64,000 bases of DNA, taken from assembly GCA_964016885.1 (NCBI GenBank), contig OZ024743.1, positions 113,832,001 to 113,896,000 on the forward strand, written 5' to 3'. Below are positions 40,099 to 52,725 of the stretch, piece by piece; position 1 is the stretch's first letter, and the number at the start of each line of letters is the position of its first letter. Source of the DNA: Eledone cirrhosa. Taxonomy: Eukaryota. The translations under genes were made by a program, and so were the position numbers. The notes beneath the pieces are model-generated. The model saw only the letters and a list, made by a program, of their open reading frames with translations. It ran no database searches and was not told where the DNA came from.

Positions 40099-42263
40099 TG
40101 TGGTTAGAAAAAGGTACTTCACTTACCGCTTATTGCTGGCACCGGTAATCCAATGGCTGGTTTCTCCTCTCCCACGTGCGTACAATCCAACTCTTTAACC
40201 GGGAGCTCCAAAACTGACGTCCACCACTTTCGCTGACCACGCTAGAGAGAGGCAGACCTGCTGCCCTTCCGGTCGAGCACCCTTCCGGACAAGCACCCTT
40301 CCGGTCAAGCATTCTTTTGGTCGAACACTCCCCAGCCTCCGGCCACCGCACACCACACCATACCCACATGCCCCCCTGATCTCAAGGATCAATTTCCCCC
40401 TCGTCCTGCTGCATATGAAAGTCTGCTGTCCAGGTTGGTGGTTTGCGACTTCTTTGTGATCTCCGCAGTGTTGGGGCGGCACTTTGGGTTTCCTCTTCCT
40501 TGGAGTCCATTGACACAGTAATTCTATGGACATCCAGGACATGACGTGGTACTCCGTCCACGGACACATTGTTCTGGGAATTTACGGCCGTCACCGTTCC
40601 CCTTCCCCATTGAGATGTGCAACGTGCATCTGGGGGCTTAACCCAGACTTCTTCGCCCACCTGCACGAATGCATTCTCTCTCTCCACTGGCCGTTGTGGT
40701 GGCATGCACGGGTGCCGCCACTTGTATCTGAATACTACTCTGTGTGGCACCGATTCCTCAACCTGTCTCACCCGAGGAGACATGTTGTACCAGAACATTG
40801 CCTCCATTAGTGAGATGTGTCCCCGCTCCACCATTGCTTTGATCGTCCGGTGGTGTCGCTCCACGATTCCATTTCCGCTCGGCCTGTACGCTGCTCTGAA
40901 GAAACGGTCCACCTTCCATCCATCGAGCATCTCCCTCAGCGCCTCCGAGCAGAATGCTGCGCTGTTGTCCATCAGCAGTTCGTCCACAGGGCCCCGCTCC
41001 AAGAACACCTCTCTCAACGTCCATGTGATATCCTCATCCGTTCCAGTCTTCATCTCCCTCCATTACGCCATCCGACACGGTCCACAGTTGACCATTAAGA
41101 GGTATGTTCCTTGTCGGTAGTGTGTTACATCCACCGCCAATTGCTTCCAGTCGCGATCCACCGGGAGGCTTCCCGTTTCGTGCACACCCGGAGCGGGATC
41201 AATGGACTGACATAGGATGCAGCCTCTAACCACTCTTGAACACTGTGTCTGCTAACATCCGAGTCGATTCTCCTGGCTAGGAACAGAGTCCTATCCACTC
41301 CCATGTGGTGCATGTCATGCAACCCTTTCAGATCCAACTCGGTCAGCCGACACATGGCAGCTATCTCCTCTTCTACATCCTCCAGTGCTTCCATCCAGGC
41401 TTTCTTCACCCTGGTTAAAACGTCCGCCCTATTTTTCTCTGAGGGCATGAAAACTACGCTCAGCCTCAGGTCGAACTCAGTGGCCAGCTCTCCTAAAGTT
41501 CCCAGGCGGCACTTTATCAGCATCTCCGCCGCCCCTCTCATTCGCACTCTCTTCTTACTGGTGAGCACTGATCTCACCCATCCGAGTACAGTAGCCGAAT
41601 CGGTGCGAATCTCGATGGTGCGCAGTCCCCACCTCAGGGCGAGGTTCACCCCCCTCAACACCGCATCCAGTTCGGCCACATTGATGTGGTTGCAATCGTC
41701 CTCCTTCCTAAGCCAGGCTGCATCCTCGACCTCAACACCTCCTATCTCCAACGTGACACCTAGTGCTATGCTGCTGGCATCGCACCATATGGTCCCACTC
41801 TGCAATTTGGGAACATACCAGCGTCCCCGCACTGGTTTGTCAGCCTTCACCCTCTCCATGATCTCCTGCATCATGGCCACCGTCCTCTCTCCCACTCTGT
41901 CACTCCAAGTCACCCCCGTCTGCTCGTCTCTTGACATAGCTGTATGCCGTCCGGAGCCACCCAACATGCCGTCCGGACCCACCAACTTTCCACACGCCGA
42001 GAAAAGCTTGTGGTTAGAAAAAGTTACTTCACTTACCTCTTATTGCCGGCACCGGTAATCGAATGGCTGGTTTCTCCTCTCCCACGTGCGTACAATCCAA
42101 CTCTTTAACTGGGAGCTCCAAAACGGACGTCCACCACCTTCGCTGACCATGCTAGAGAGAGGCAGACCTGCTGGCCCTTCCGGTCGAGCACCCTTCCGAT
42201 CAAGCACTCTTCCGGTCGAGCACTCCCCAGCCACCGGCCACCGCACACCACACCATACCCACC
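40099..42263 (-). mobile_element. Internally deleted LTR retrotransposon (Ty3/Gypsy-like domain order)
   Basis: Direct LTRs at 40099-40368 (TG..CA) and 42009-42263 (terminal base mutated); TSD ctata at 40094-40098 and 42264-42268; purine tract agggggg next to the 3' LTR. Confidence 0.93.
40382..42008 (-). pseudogene. pol remnant: RNase H plus DDE integrase, frameshifted
   Basis: WCDASS, HINVAELDAV, RTDSATV, NRADVLTR (RNase H); LHDMHHMG (HHCC-like); LMDNSAAF and GNGIVERHHRTIK (integrase core). Confidence 0.9.
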
Positions 42264-42865
42264 CTATAAACATTTGAAACAACAAACATGTTTTTAGATA
42301 ATTTAAAATCACTATAGGATGTTAAGACGTAATACCAGGCCAATGTTGATTGCACATGAATAATCAATTTTTTATAGCATCAAGGATCAGCCTATCCTAA
42401 TGGAAGACACTTTTTAAAATATATAATCAAGAATTTGGAGGAATTTAGTAATGTAACTTTCTCATTAATAAGTTGGTGTTTGGAACATGACATAAGAGAT
42501 TCTCATATCAAATTATGATGGAAGGTTTTTAGATATATAAACATTTTAAACCTTCCATGTTCATATTTCTAATGTAAGCAATAGGCTATTATTTTCAAAT
42601 CATTTTCAAAGTAATCAAGAATTTGCAGGGATTTAGTAATACAACAAACTCTCTGATTAATAAGTTGCTGTTTCGAACATAACTTAACAAATGTTCTTAT
42701 ATAAAATTATGTTGGATGGATTTTAGATAAATAAAAACTCTTTCAAATAGCTTTGTATCATAGGTGGTTTGGTATCAAAAAAGTTGAAGAGAGACCATTA
42801 AAAGTAGCAGTATTCTACATACTTTTGTGTTCCTTTTAGGGTTAAGACAGCAGAACGTGGTTTAA

Positions 42866-43080
42866 CTCTTTAGCGTTTAAACCGGCCATATCCGGCCAGA
42901 ACTCTCTCACCTCTTTCTGTTCAAACCGGCTGTAACTGGCTGCTCATACCTACATTAAGGTACTGTTCTCAAAATAAATAACAGCAAGATCTCATATATT
43001 ATGTGAGATAATTATGTAAGGTAAAGCCTTTACTGTGAAAATATAATAGTAAATATAGAATAATGTAAATGCTAAAAGTA
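42866..43080 (+). mobile_element. TTAA-flanked MITE
   Basis: ttaa|ctctttagcgtttaaaccggcc...gtaaatgctaaaag; homologs at 24967 and about 59200. Confidence 0.7.
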
Positions 43081-43539
43081 AAGAAGATTTCTAGCAAATC
43101 ATGTGACCATGCAGTGACTCCCTCATTAGTTTACATTTACCTTAGTTTGTTAAAAATGTGGGTATCTTCAACAAAGACTATTTTCAACCATTTACGGTAT
43201 TACTGTTACTTGAGTCTTTAGAAAGTTGGATATTTGTTCTGGGTTTCAGCATTCTGAATTCAAGTCTTGCTGAGGTCCACTTTGAATTTCATGCTTTTGA
43301 GGTTGATAAAGAAAGTACCAGCCCAGTGCTATGGCAACCCTCACTCCATCTAGCTGACATATCCTGGATATTCCAATGCATCAAATAAGGGATGATGTTT
43401 ATTATATATCAAATTTACTACACAATGTATATATGGAAAAATATCACACGATCCACATGACAGGTGCAATGTGTCCGAACACGGAAGAGCCAAACTCCCA
43501 CTGTCATCGCCTCCATTTCTCTCGCCCTCCCCATCTCTC

Positions 43540-43790
43540 TATATTGTGAGCAAATGGAGTTCCATGTGATGGCCTCCCCACCGCCCCGGCGGACAGAATG
43601 GAGAAGGTGTTTCCCGGAGGGGGGTAAGGCAGATGCCCTGGAAGAGCCATTCGATCTCACGAGGCTCACATCTGCGGCTGGCCAGCTCAGCGCCTATGGT
43701 GGTGAATAGGGAGGTAGCCCTAGGGCCGAGGACACCAGAAGTCTCCACTGCCAAGGGCATGACCGCAAACCTGTCGAACCGGTACTAGGG
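43540..43790 (-). pseudogene. CRE-clade non-LTR retrotransposon C-terminal (restriction-like endonuclease region) fragment
   Basis: FAVMPLAVETSGVLGPRATSLFTTIG...REIEWLFQ resembles the CRE consensus PLAVETxGxxG...RExxFLxQRxSxAIxRGN. Confidence 0.7.
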
Positions 43791-43874
43791 ATGATTAAGA
43801 GGGTCTCTGTGTTCGCTTGCAACAGCACAGACACCTAAAACCCTTAGCAAAACATGGTACATACAACTAAGTGA

Positions 43875-46265
43875 TTGTGGTGGGGGTAGTAGTGGTGGTG
43901 GTAGTGATAGTAGTGGCTGTGGTGGTAGTGGTGGTGGTAGTGATAGTGATAGTAGTGGTGGGTTCTAGGACTGTAGCATAATAGTAGATGGTGGTAGTGG
44001 TGGTGGTAGTAGTAGTGATGATGGTAGGGTTAATAGTGATGGTGGTAGGGGTAGTGATGGGTTCTAGGACTGTGGTATGATAGTAGTAATGGTAATGGTG
44101 GAGGTAGAAGTAATAGTGGTAGTAGCAGTAATGGTGATGGTAGTAGTAGTGGTGGTAGTAGTAGAGAGTTCTAGAACTGTGGTATAATAGTAGTAGTGGT
44201 AATGGTGGTAGTAGATGTAGTAGTGGTAATTATGATGGTGGTAGTGGTAGTAGTGATGGTAGTAGAAGTAGTAGTTGTGGTGGTAGTAGATGTAGTAGTG
44301 GTAATTATGATGGTGGTAGTGGTAGTAGTGATGGTGGTAGAAGTAGTAGTGGTGGTGGTGGTAGAAGTAGTAGTGGTGGTGGTAGTAGACGTAGTAGTGA
44401 TAATTATGATGGTAGTAGTGATGGTGGTAGAAGTAGTAGTGGTGGTGGTAGTAGATGTAGTAGTGGTAATTATGATGGTGGTAGTGGTAGTAGTGATGGT
44501 AGTAGTGGTGGTGGTGGTAGTAGACGTAGTAGTGGTAATTATGGTGGTGGTAGTGGTAGTAGTGATTGTGGTAGAAGTAGTAGTGGTGGTGGTAGTAGAC
44601 GTAGTAGTGGTAATTATGATGGTAGTAGTGATGGTGGTAGAAGTAGTAGTGGTGGTGGTAGTAGATGTAGTAGTGGTAATTATGATGGCGGTAGTGGTAG
44701 TAGTGATGGTGGTAGAAGTAGTAGTGGTGGTGGTACTAGACGTAGTAGTGGTAATTATGATGGTAGTAGTGGTAGTAGTGGTGGTGGTAGTAGACGAGTA
44801 GTGGTAATTATGATGGTGGTAGTGGTAGTAGTGATGGTGACAGAAGTAATAGTGGTGGTGGTAGTAGACGTAGTAGTGGTAATTATGATGGTGGTAGAAG
44901 TAGTAGTGGTGGTGGTAGTAGACGTAGTAGTGATAATTATGATGGTAGTAGTGATGGTGGTAGAAGTAGTAGTGGTGGTGGTAGTAGATGTAGTAGTGGT
45001 AATTATGATGGCGGTAGTGGTAGTAGTGATGGTGGTAGAAGTAGTAGACGTAGTAGTGGTAATTATGATGGTAGTAGTAATGGTGGTAGAAGTAGTAGTG
45101 GTGGTGGTAGTAGATGTAGTAGTGGTAATTATGATGGTGGTAGTGGTAGTAGTGATGATAGTAGAAGTAGTAGTTGTGGTGGTAGTAGATGTAGTAGTGG
45201 TAATTATGATGGTGGTAGTGGTAGTAGTGATGGTGGTAGAAGTAGTAGTGGTGGTGGTAGTAGATGTAGTAGTGGTAATTATGATGGTAGTAGTGGTAGT
45301 AGTGGTAGTGGTAGTAGACGAGTAGTGGTAATTATGATGGTGGTAGTGGTAGTAGTGATGGTGGCAGAAGTAGTAGTGGTGGTGGTAGTAGACGTAGTAG
45401 TGGTAATTATGATGGTGGTAGAAGTAGTAGTGGTGGTGGTAGTAGACGTAGTAGTGATAATTATGATGGTAGTAGTGATGGTGGTAGAAGTAGTAGTGGT
45501 GGTGGTAGTAGATGTAGTAGTGGTAATTATGATGGTGGTAGTGGTAGTAGTGGTGGTGGTAGTATACGTAGTAGTGGTAATTATGATGGTGGTAACGGTA
45601 GTAGTGATGGTGGTAGTAGTAGTAGTGGTGGTGGTAGTAGACGTAGTAGTGGTAATTATGATGATGGTAGTGGTAGTAGTGATGGTGGTAGAAGTAGTGG
45701 TGGTAGTGGTAGTAGACGAGTAGCGATAATTATGATGGTGGTAGTAGTGGTGGTGGTAGAAATAGTAGTGGTGGTGGTAGTAGACGTAGTAGTGGTAATT
45801 ATGATGGTGGTAGTGGTAGTAGTGATGGTGGTAGAAGTAGTAGTGGTGGTGGTAGTAGATGTAGTAGTGGTAATTATAATGGTGGTAGTGGTAGTAGTGG
45901 TGGTGGTAGTATACGTAGTAGTGGTAGTTATGATGGTGGTAGTGGTAGTAGTGATGGTGGTAGAAGTAGTAGTGTAGTAGACGTAGTGGTAATTATGATC
46001 ATGGTAGTGGTAGTAGTGATGGTGGTAGAAGTAGTAGTGGTGGTGGTAGTAGACGTAGTAGTGGTAATTATGATGGTGGTAGTGGTAGTAGTGATGGTGG
46101 TAGAAGTAGTAGTGGTGGTGGTAGTAGACGTAGTAGTGGTAATTATGATGGCGGTAGTGGTAGTAGTGATGGTGGTAGAAGTAGTGGTGGTGGTGGTAGT
46201 ATACGTAGTAGTGGTAATTATGATGGTGGTAGTGGTAGTAGTGGTGGTGGTAGTAGAGGTTCTAG
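43875..46265. repeat. (GTA/GTG)n triplet satellite with higher-order units of about 57-66 bp
   Basis: Repeated gtagtagtggtaattatgatggtg; the poly-Val ORFs are artefacts. Confidence 0.97.
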
Positions 46266-46489
46266 GACTATTGCGTGATAGTCATCTGTTACAAAACCAA
46301 ACAACTTGATATTCTTCTTACACAACATGGATGTTAAAAACGAATTGATTGTCCAATGGAAGGCAGTGTGGACATTGCTATGGTTGGCTTTTAATTCTTG
46401 GGCAATGACTAAGCAAAATGATATTGGTTTTTGCTGTTGTCATCATCATCATTATCATCATCATATCAACAGCCACTTTAAAACAGGCG

Positions 46490-46491
46490 GT

Positions 46492-46554
<63 letters not shown>

Positions 46555-46603
46555 CACCACCACTACTACTACTACTACCACCACCACCACCACCACCACC
46601 ACC

Positions 46604-46643
<40 letters not shown>

Positions 46644-46917
46644 TAAAACATACAACAACAACATCCACTTTAAATAGACAATGACAAACATTTTAAAGAG
46701 GTAACAACAACAACAACAACATCAATAACAACAACAGCAGCAGCAAATCAACAGCAGCAGCAGCAGCAGCAACAATAACAATAACAACAACATCATCAAC
46801 AACAACACTAGCAACATCAACATCAACAGCAACAACAGCAACGTTAACAATAATAACAACAACAACAGCAGCAACATCAACAATAACAGCAGCAGCAACA
46901 TCAACAATGACAACAAT

Positions 46918-46948
<31 letters not shown>

Positions 46949-46950
46949 TC

Positions 46951-46981
<31 letters not shown>

Positions 46982-47227
46982 GCAGAAACATCAACAATAA
47001 CAGCAACGGCAACAATAACAACAGCAACATCAACAAAAACAACAGCAACAACAGCAGCAGCAGCCACATCAACAACAGCAGCAACAACATTAACAACCAA
47101 CAGCAACAACATCAACAGTAACATCAGCAACAACATCGACAATAACAACAACAATAACATCAACAACAACATTAAGATCACAAAGATAAAATAACAACAA
47201 AGATAAAATAATCCCCCCCCCCCCCCA

Positions 47228-47277
<50 letters not shown>

Positions 47278-47290
47278 ACACACACACACA
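46490..47290. repeat. (ACT)n(ACC)n, (CAA/CAG)n and (CA)n microsatellites
   Basis: Direct inspection. Confidence 0.96.
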
Positions 47291-47449
47291 GACAAGAAAG
47301 TATGAGGTATAGAATAAACAAAAACACCATTGAACAATACCTCATGACATTATTTTATATTTTGTTCAATAACAGCAGTTGTTAGTTATGCTTTTATAAT
47401 TTTCAGTTTTTTTTTTAGTAAATTTCTGCTTTTTGTTTGGTTTCTGTCA

Positions 47450-48324
47450 TTGTTATTGTTGTAGTGTTGTTGTTTGTGTCTGTTGTTGTTGTGTGTGTCT
47501 GTTGTTATTGTGTGTCTGTTGTTGTTTGAGTCTGTTGTTGTTTGAGTCTGTTGTTGTTTGTGTCTGTTGTTGTTGTTTGAGTCTGTTGTTATTGGTGTCT
47601 GTTGTTGTTGTTTGTGTGTTGTTGTGTGTCTGTTGTTGTGTGTCTGTGGTTGTTGTTGTTGGTGTCTGTTGTTGTGTGTCTGTGGTTGTTGTGTGTGTCT
47701 GTTGTTGTTGTTTGTGTCTGTTGTTATTGGTGTCTGTTGTTGTTGTTTGTGTGTTGTTGTGTGTGTCTGTTGTTGTGTGTGTCTGTTGTTGTTGTTTGTG
47801 TCTGTTGTTGTTGTTTGTGTATGTTGTTATTGGTGTCTGTTGTTGTTGTTTGTGTGTTGTTGTTGTGTGTGTCTGTTGTTGTGTGTGTCTGTTGTTGTTG
47901 TTTGTGTCTGTTGTTGTTGTTTGTGTCTGTTGTTATTGGTGTCTGTTGTTGTTGTTTGTGTGTTGTTGTTGCGTGTGTCTGTTGTTGTTGTTGTGTGTGT
48001 CTGTTGTTGTGTGTGTCTGTTGTTGTTGTGTGTGTCTGTTGTTGTTATTTGTGTCTGTTGTTGTTGTTTGTGTCTGTTGTTGTTTGTGTCTGTTGTTGTG
48101 TGTGTCTATTGCTATTGTTTGTGTCTGTTGTTGTGTGTGTCTGTTGTTGCTGTTTGTGTCTGTTGTTGTTGGTGTCCGTTGCTGTTGTTTCTGTTCTGGT
48201 TGTTGCTGTTATTGTTACTGTTGTTGTTGATGTTGCTGTTATTGTTGTGTTAGTTTTGTGCTGTTGTGTGGTCTTTGCTGTTGTTTGTTGTTGTGTTAGT
48301 ATTGTGCTGTTGTGTGGTTGGTGC

Positions 48325-48375
<51 letters not shown>

Positions 48376-48752
48376 ATCGTTCCTGTTATTGTTGTTGTTG
48401 TGTTGTATTAGTATTGTGCTGTTGTGTGGTTGTTGCTGTTATTGTTGCTGTGTTGTGTTAGTGTTGTGCTGTTGTGGTTTTTATTGTTGTAGTTACTGTT
48501 GTAGTTACTGTTGTAGTATTGTAGTTGTTGTTGTATTGTTGTAGCTGCTGTTGTTGTTGCTGTTATTTTTGTTGTTATTGGTATTGTACTGTTGTGTTGC
48601 TTTTGTGGTTGTTGCTGCTGCTGTTGTCGTCGTTGTATTGCAGCTGCTGTTGTAGTTGTTACTGTTATTGCTGTTGCTGTATTGTTGTAGTTGCTGTTAT
48701 TGTTGTTGTTGTATTGCTGTAGTTGTTGCTTTATTGCTGTATTGTTGTTGTT
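47450..48752. repeat. (GTT)n/gtgtct-derived minisatellite
   Basis: Repeated tgtgtctgttgttgt. Confidence 0.96.
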
Positions 48753-49124
48753 AATACAAGGAAAGAATGGTTATGCATCACTTATTCAGCTCACAGTGTG
48801 GTGGTGGTGTTTCAGAAGTTACACCACAGTAATTTTTATTAATTATTCTTTAAACTAATTAGTTTTTGTCAGAAAACCAGTCCCCTCCCTTCCCCAAACC
48901 CCTTCTTTTTTGTTGTATGAGGAAATACCTGTATGTCTTTTCTTGTGTACTGTCTCCAGTAGCAGCCACTGTAATTAACCACCACTAACACTGTACACTA
49001 TTATCACTCCAACAATACCATACATCATCCCACCACCACCATATGTCATACTACCATGATCACAACCACCAATACCATACATCATACCACTAACACCAAT
49101 ACTATAGACCATAACACAAAGTAT

Positions 49125-50243
49125 ATTGTTTGATGCTCTACCGATTCTGCCAATCCACTGCCCTTATAATTGTTTCTACTTTTGGCACGAGGCCAGCAAT
49201 TACCCAGTGTATTACTGGTACTTTATTTTATCGACCCCGTAAGGATGAAAGGCAAAGTTAACCTCGGCGGGATTTGAACTCAGAAATAATAATGGTTTCT
49301 GATTTAGGCACAAGGCCAGCAATTTTGCGAAGTGGGAAAGTCGATTAAATCAACCTCAGTGTCTTACTGGTACTTTATTTTATTGACCTTGTAAGCATGA
49401 AAGGCAAAACTAACCTTGCCATGATTTGAACTCAGAATGTAAAGGGCCGTAACTCTATGCCGCAAAGCATGGTGTCTGATGCGTTAATGATACTACCAAT
49501 TTGTCAATAATAATAATAATAATAATAATAATTGTTTCTACTTTTGGCACAAGGCCAGCAATAGCCCCAGTGCATTACTGGTACTTTATTTTATCGACTC
49601 CGTAAGGATGAAAAGCAAAGTTAACCTCAGAAGATTTGAACTCAGAACGTAAAGGACCATAACTCTATGCTGCAAAGCATGGTGTCTGACGCTCTACCGA
49701 TATCGCCAATCCATAATAATTGTTTCTACTTTTGGCACAAGGCCAGCAATTATCCCAGTGCATTACTGGTACTTTATTTTATATCGACCCCGTAAGGATG
49801 AAAGGCAAAGTTAACCTCGGCAGGATTTGAACTCAGACCATAAAGGGCTGTAACTCTTTGCTGCAATGCATAGCGTCCGACCCTCTACCGACCCTGCCAA
49901 TCCTTCTTATATAGGCACAAGGCCAGCAATTTGAGGGGATGGGGGAAAGTCGATTGAATCAACCCCAATGCATTACTGGTACTTTATTTTATCGACCCTT
50001 TAAGGATGAAAGGCAAAGCTAACCTTGGTGGGATTTGAACTACAAACTTAGAAATAATTGTTTCTACTTTTGGCACAAGGCCAGCAATTATCCCAGTGTA
50101 TTACTGGTACTTTATTTTATTGACCCCGTAAGGATGAAAGGCAAAGTTAACCTCGGCGGGATTTGAACTCAGATTGTAAAGGGCAGTAACTCTTTGCTGC
50201 AAATCATGGCATCCGACCCTCTACCAATACTGCCAATCCACCA
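49125..50243 (-). mobile_element. Head-to-tail stack of six SINE B copies plus one head fragment
   Basis: ggcacaaggccagcaat...tactggtactttattt...atttgaactcag recurs at about 49170, 49300, 49535, 49720, 49912 and 50060, all in the same orientation. Confidence 0.92.
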
Positions 50244-50636
50244 ATGCTTTCTGTATTATTACTATCTTAATTTAATAATTAATTGATCACTTTTCAAGGT
50301 TGATACAGTTATTAATTATGACTGCCTGTTAGTTGTAGCATGACAAAGGTGGTCTCTATGTATGTGTGTTTGTTTGTGCCATAGTGTGAGTGTTTGTGTG
50401 CATGCTTGAGAGAGAAAGAACCTGAGAGAAAAATGTATGTACGCATGTGTGCAGCTGTTTGTGGGCATGTGTGTGTGTGTGTGTGTTATTTTTTGTGTGT
50501 GTGTTGCCTTTGCGAGTGTGTGTGTGTTTATGTTTGTGTGTGTTTTTGTATGTTTATGTGTCTGTATGTTTGTGCGTGTGTTTCTGTATGTGTGTTTGTG
50601 TATATGGATGCCTATGTTTGTACATGTGTCTCTGTG

Positions 50637-50671
<35 letters not shown>

Positions 50672-50750
50672 GTGTGTGTAAGTATGTGTGGTTGTATGTG
50701 TTTGCTTATGTAAATGTGTTGATGTGTGTGTGTCTATGATTATTTACCTA

Positions 50751-51451
50751 CTCTCAGGTCTTGAATAATCGTGCCCCCCCCCCTCCCGCCTGTTAATTTT
50801 TCAGATTTTTTCCAACCTTGCCGCTTTTATTTATTCCCTCCCCCCCCCCCTGCTTTTAAAATTTTGTTAATCTATCTCCAGCAAAATTTTGTTGTAAGTT
50901 ATTCATATCGATACAGGAGCTGGAGAATTTAATAATTTTATTTTGCAATAAAAAACCCCCATTATATATGACAAAAAAAAGAACATTACAAGAAATCTCA
51001 TATTTACAAACATCATCATCATCATCATCGTTTAACGTCCATCTTCCATGCTTGCATGGGTTTGGACGGGAGTTTTCCCACTTGAGGCAAGATTGGTTGT
51101 CTTGCTCGTATAGGACTGTCTGGCGGGTTTTCTACGGCTGGATGCCCTTCCTAACACCAACCACGTTTACAGTATGGACTGGGAGGTTTTTACTGTGTTA
51201 CCTACATGGCTACATTACAGCGTGGACTGTGTGTTTTTTTGTCGTTACACCTACACGACCTCATTTATTTCGGACTGGATGTTGTGGTACCAACATAACT
51301 TTACATCGAAAGGGGTGGTGTGGATGGTGTGGGGGTGGTGGATACTATACAATTACTGATCCCCACCCCATTTATCCCCCCCACACACACTTATAAAAAT
51401 TTAATCAAATGCCCCTCCCCCCTCCACTTACCCCCCCCCCCACTCCGAGAG
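50751..51451. mobile_element. TA-flanked MITE containing a nested RTE-A 3' fragment
   Basis: TA|ctctc...gagag|TA with poly-C subterminal tracts. Confidence 0.5.
51011..51342 (-). mobile_element. RTE family A, 3' UTR-only copy
   Basis: Colinear with 20001-20340 and 56915-57250. Confidence 0.9.
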
Positions 51452-51864
51452 TATGTGTCTACCCACTCAGGGGGCAATGTTGCACAGTTTATAGCTGTCA
51501 TATTGCTGTGGACAAAAGATGACTGACTCTCAAGTAATATTTTATCAACGATAAAATAAAGTACCAGTAATGAACTGGGTAATTGCTGGCCTTGTGCCTA
51601 AAGTAGAAACAAATATTTTATCAACACTTGCTAACATGCCTACATCAAAACTACCAACACACTCCACTCCAATTCACTAACACTTCACTCCACCTTCACT
51701 CCACTTCTACCTCACCCCACCTCCAACACTCCACACCAGACTACTCCATCACACTGCTCCACACCAGACCATTAAACATGTATATTACATCATTGTACGC
51801 CACTCCATAGTACACCACCATATGCTTCCCCACACCACTCCATTCCATACCACACCCTCACCAG

Positions 51865-52725
51865 TCCACACTACACCAAACCACACCATTCTACTTCATA
51901 CCACATATAATGATATGCCACTCCACACCACACCATAGCACTCTAGTCTACACCACACCACAACATTCCATACCATTCTAGTCTACACTACACCAAACCA
52001 CACCATTCTACTTCATACCACATATAATGATATGCCACTCCACACCACACCATACCACTCTAGTCTACACTACACCACACCACAACATTCCATACCATTC
52101 TACACCACTCAACACCACACCACACCATTCTACTTCATACCACATATAATGATATGCCACTCCACACCACACCACTCTAGTCTACACTACACCACACCAC
52201 AACATTCCATACCATTCTACACCACTCAACACCACACCACACCATTCTACTTCATACCACATATAATGATATGCCACTCCACACCACACCATACCACTCT
52301 AGTCTACACTACACCACACCACAACATTCCATACCATTCTACACCACTCAACACCAAACCACACCATTCTACTTCATACCACATATAATGATATGCCACT
52401 CCACACCACACCATACCACTCTAGTCTACACTACACCACACCACAACATTCCATACCATTCTACACCACTCAACACCACACCACACCATTCTACTTCATA
52501 CCACATATAATGATATGCCACTCCACACCACACCACTCTAGTCTACACTACACCACACCACAACATTCCATACCATTCTACACCACTCAACACCAAACCA
52601 CACCATTCTACTTCATACCACATATAATGATATGCCACTCCACACCACACCATACCACTCTAGTCTACACTACATCACACCACAACATTCCATACCATTC
52701 TACACCTCTCAACACCACACCACAC
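51865..52725. repeat. Tandem repeat, 122- and 117-bp units, about 7 copies
   Basis: atgccactccacaccacac recurs at about 51915, 52032, 52154, 52271, 52393, 52515 and 52632. Confidence 0.95.

Noticed and set aside
41303-42058. 251-aa plus-strand ORF and other antisense ORFs over the LTR element and RTEs
   Set aside because: Shadow ORFs opposite real pol/RT coding sequence.
44196-48722. Poly-Val, poly-Thr and Cys-rich ORFs
   Set aside because: Simple-repeat artefacts.
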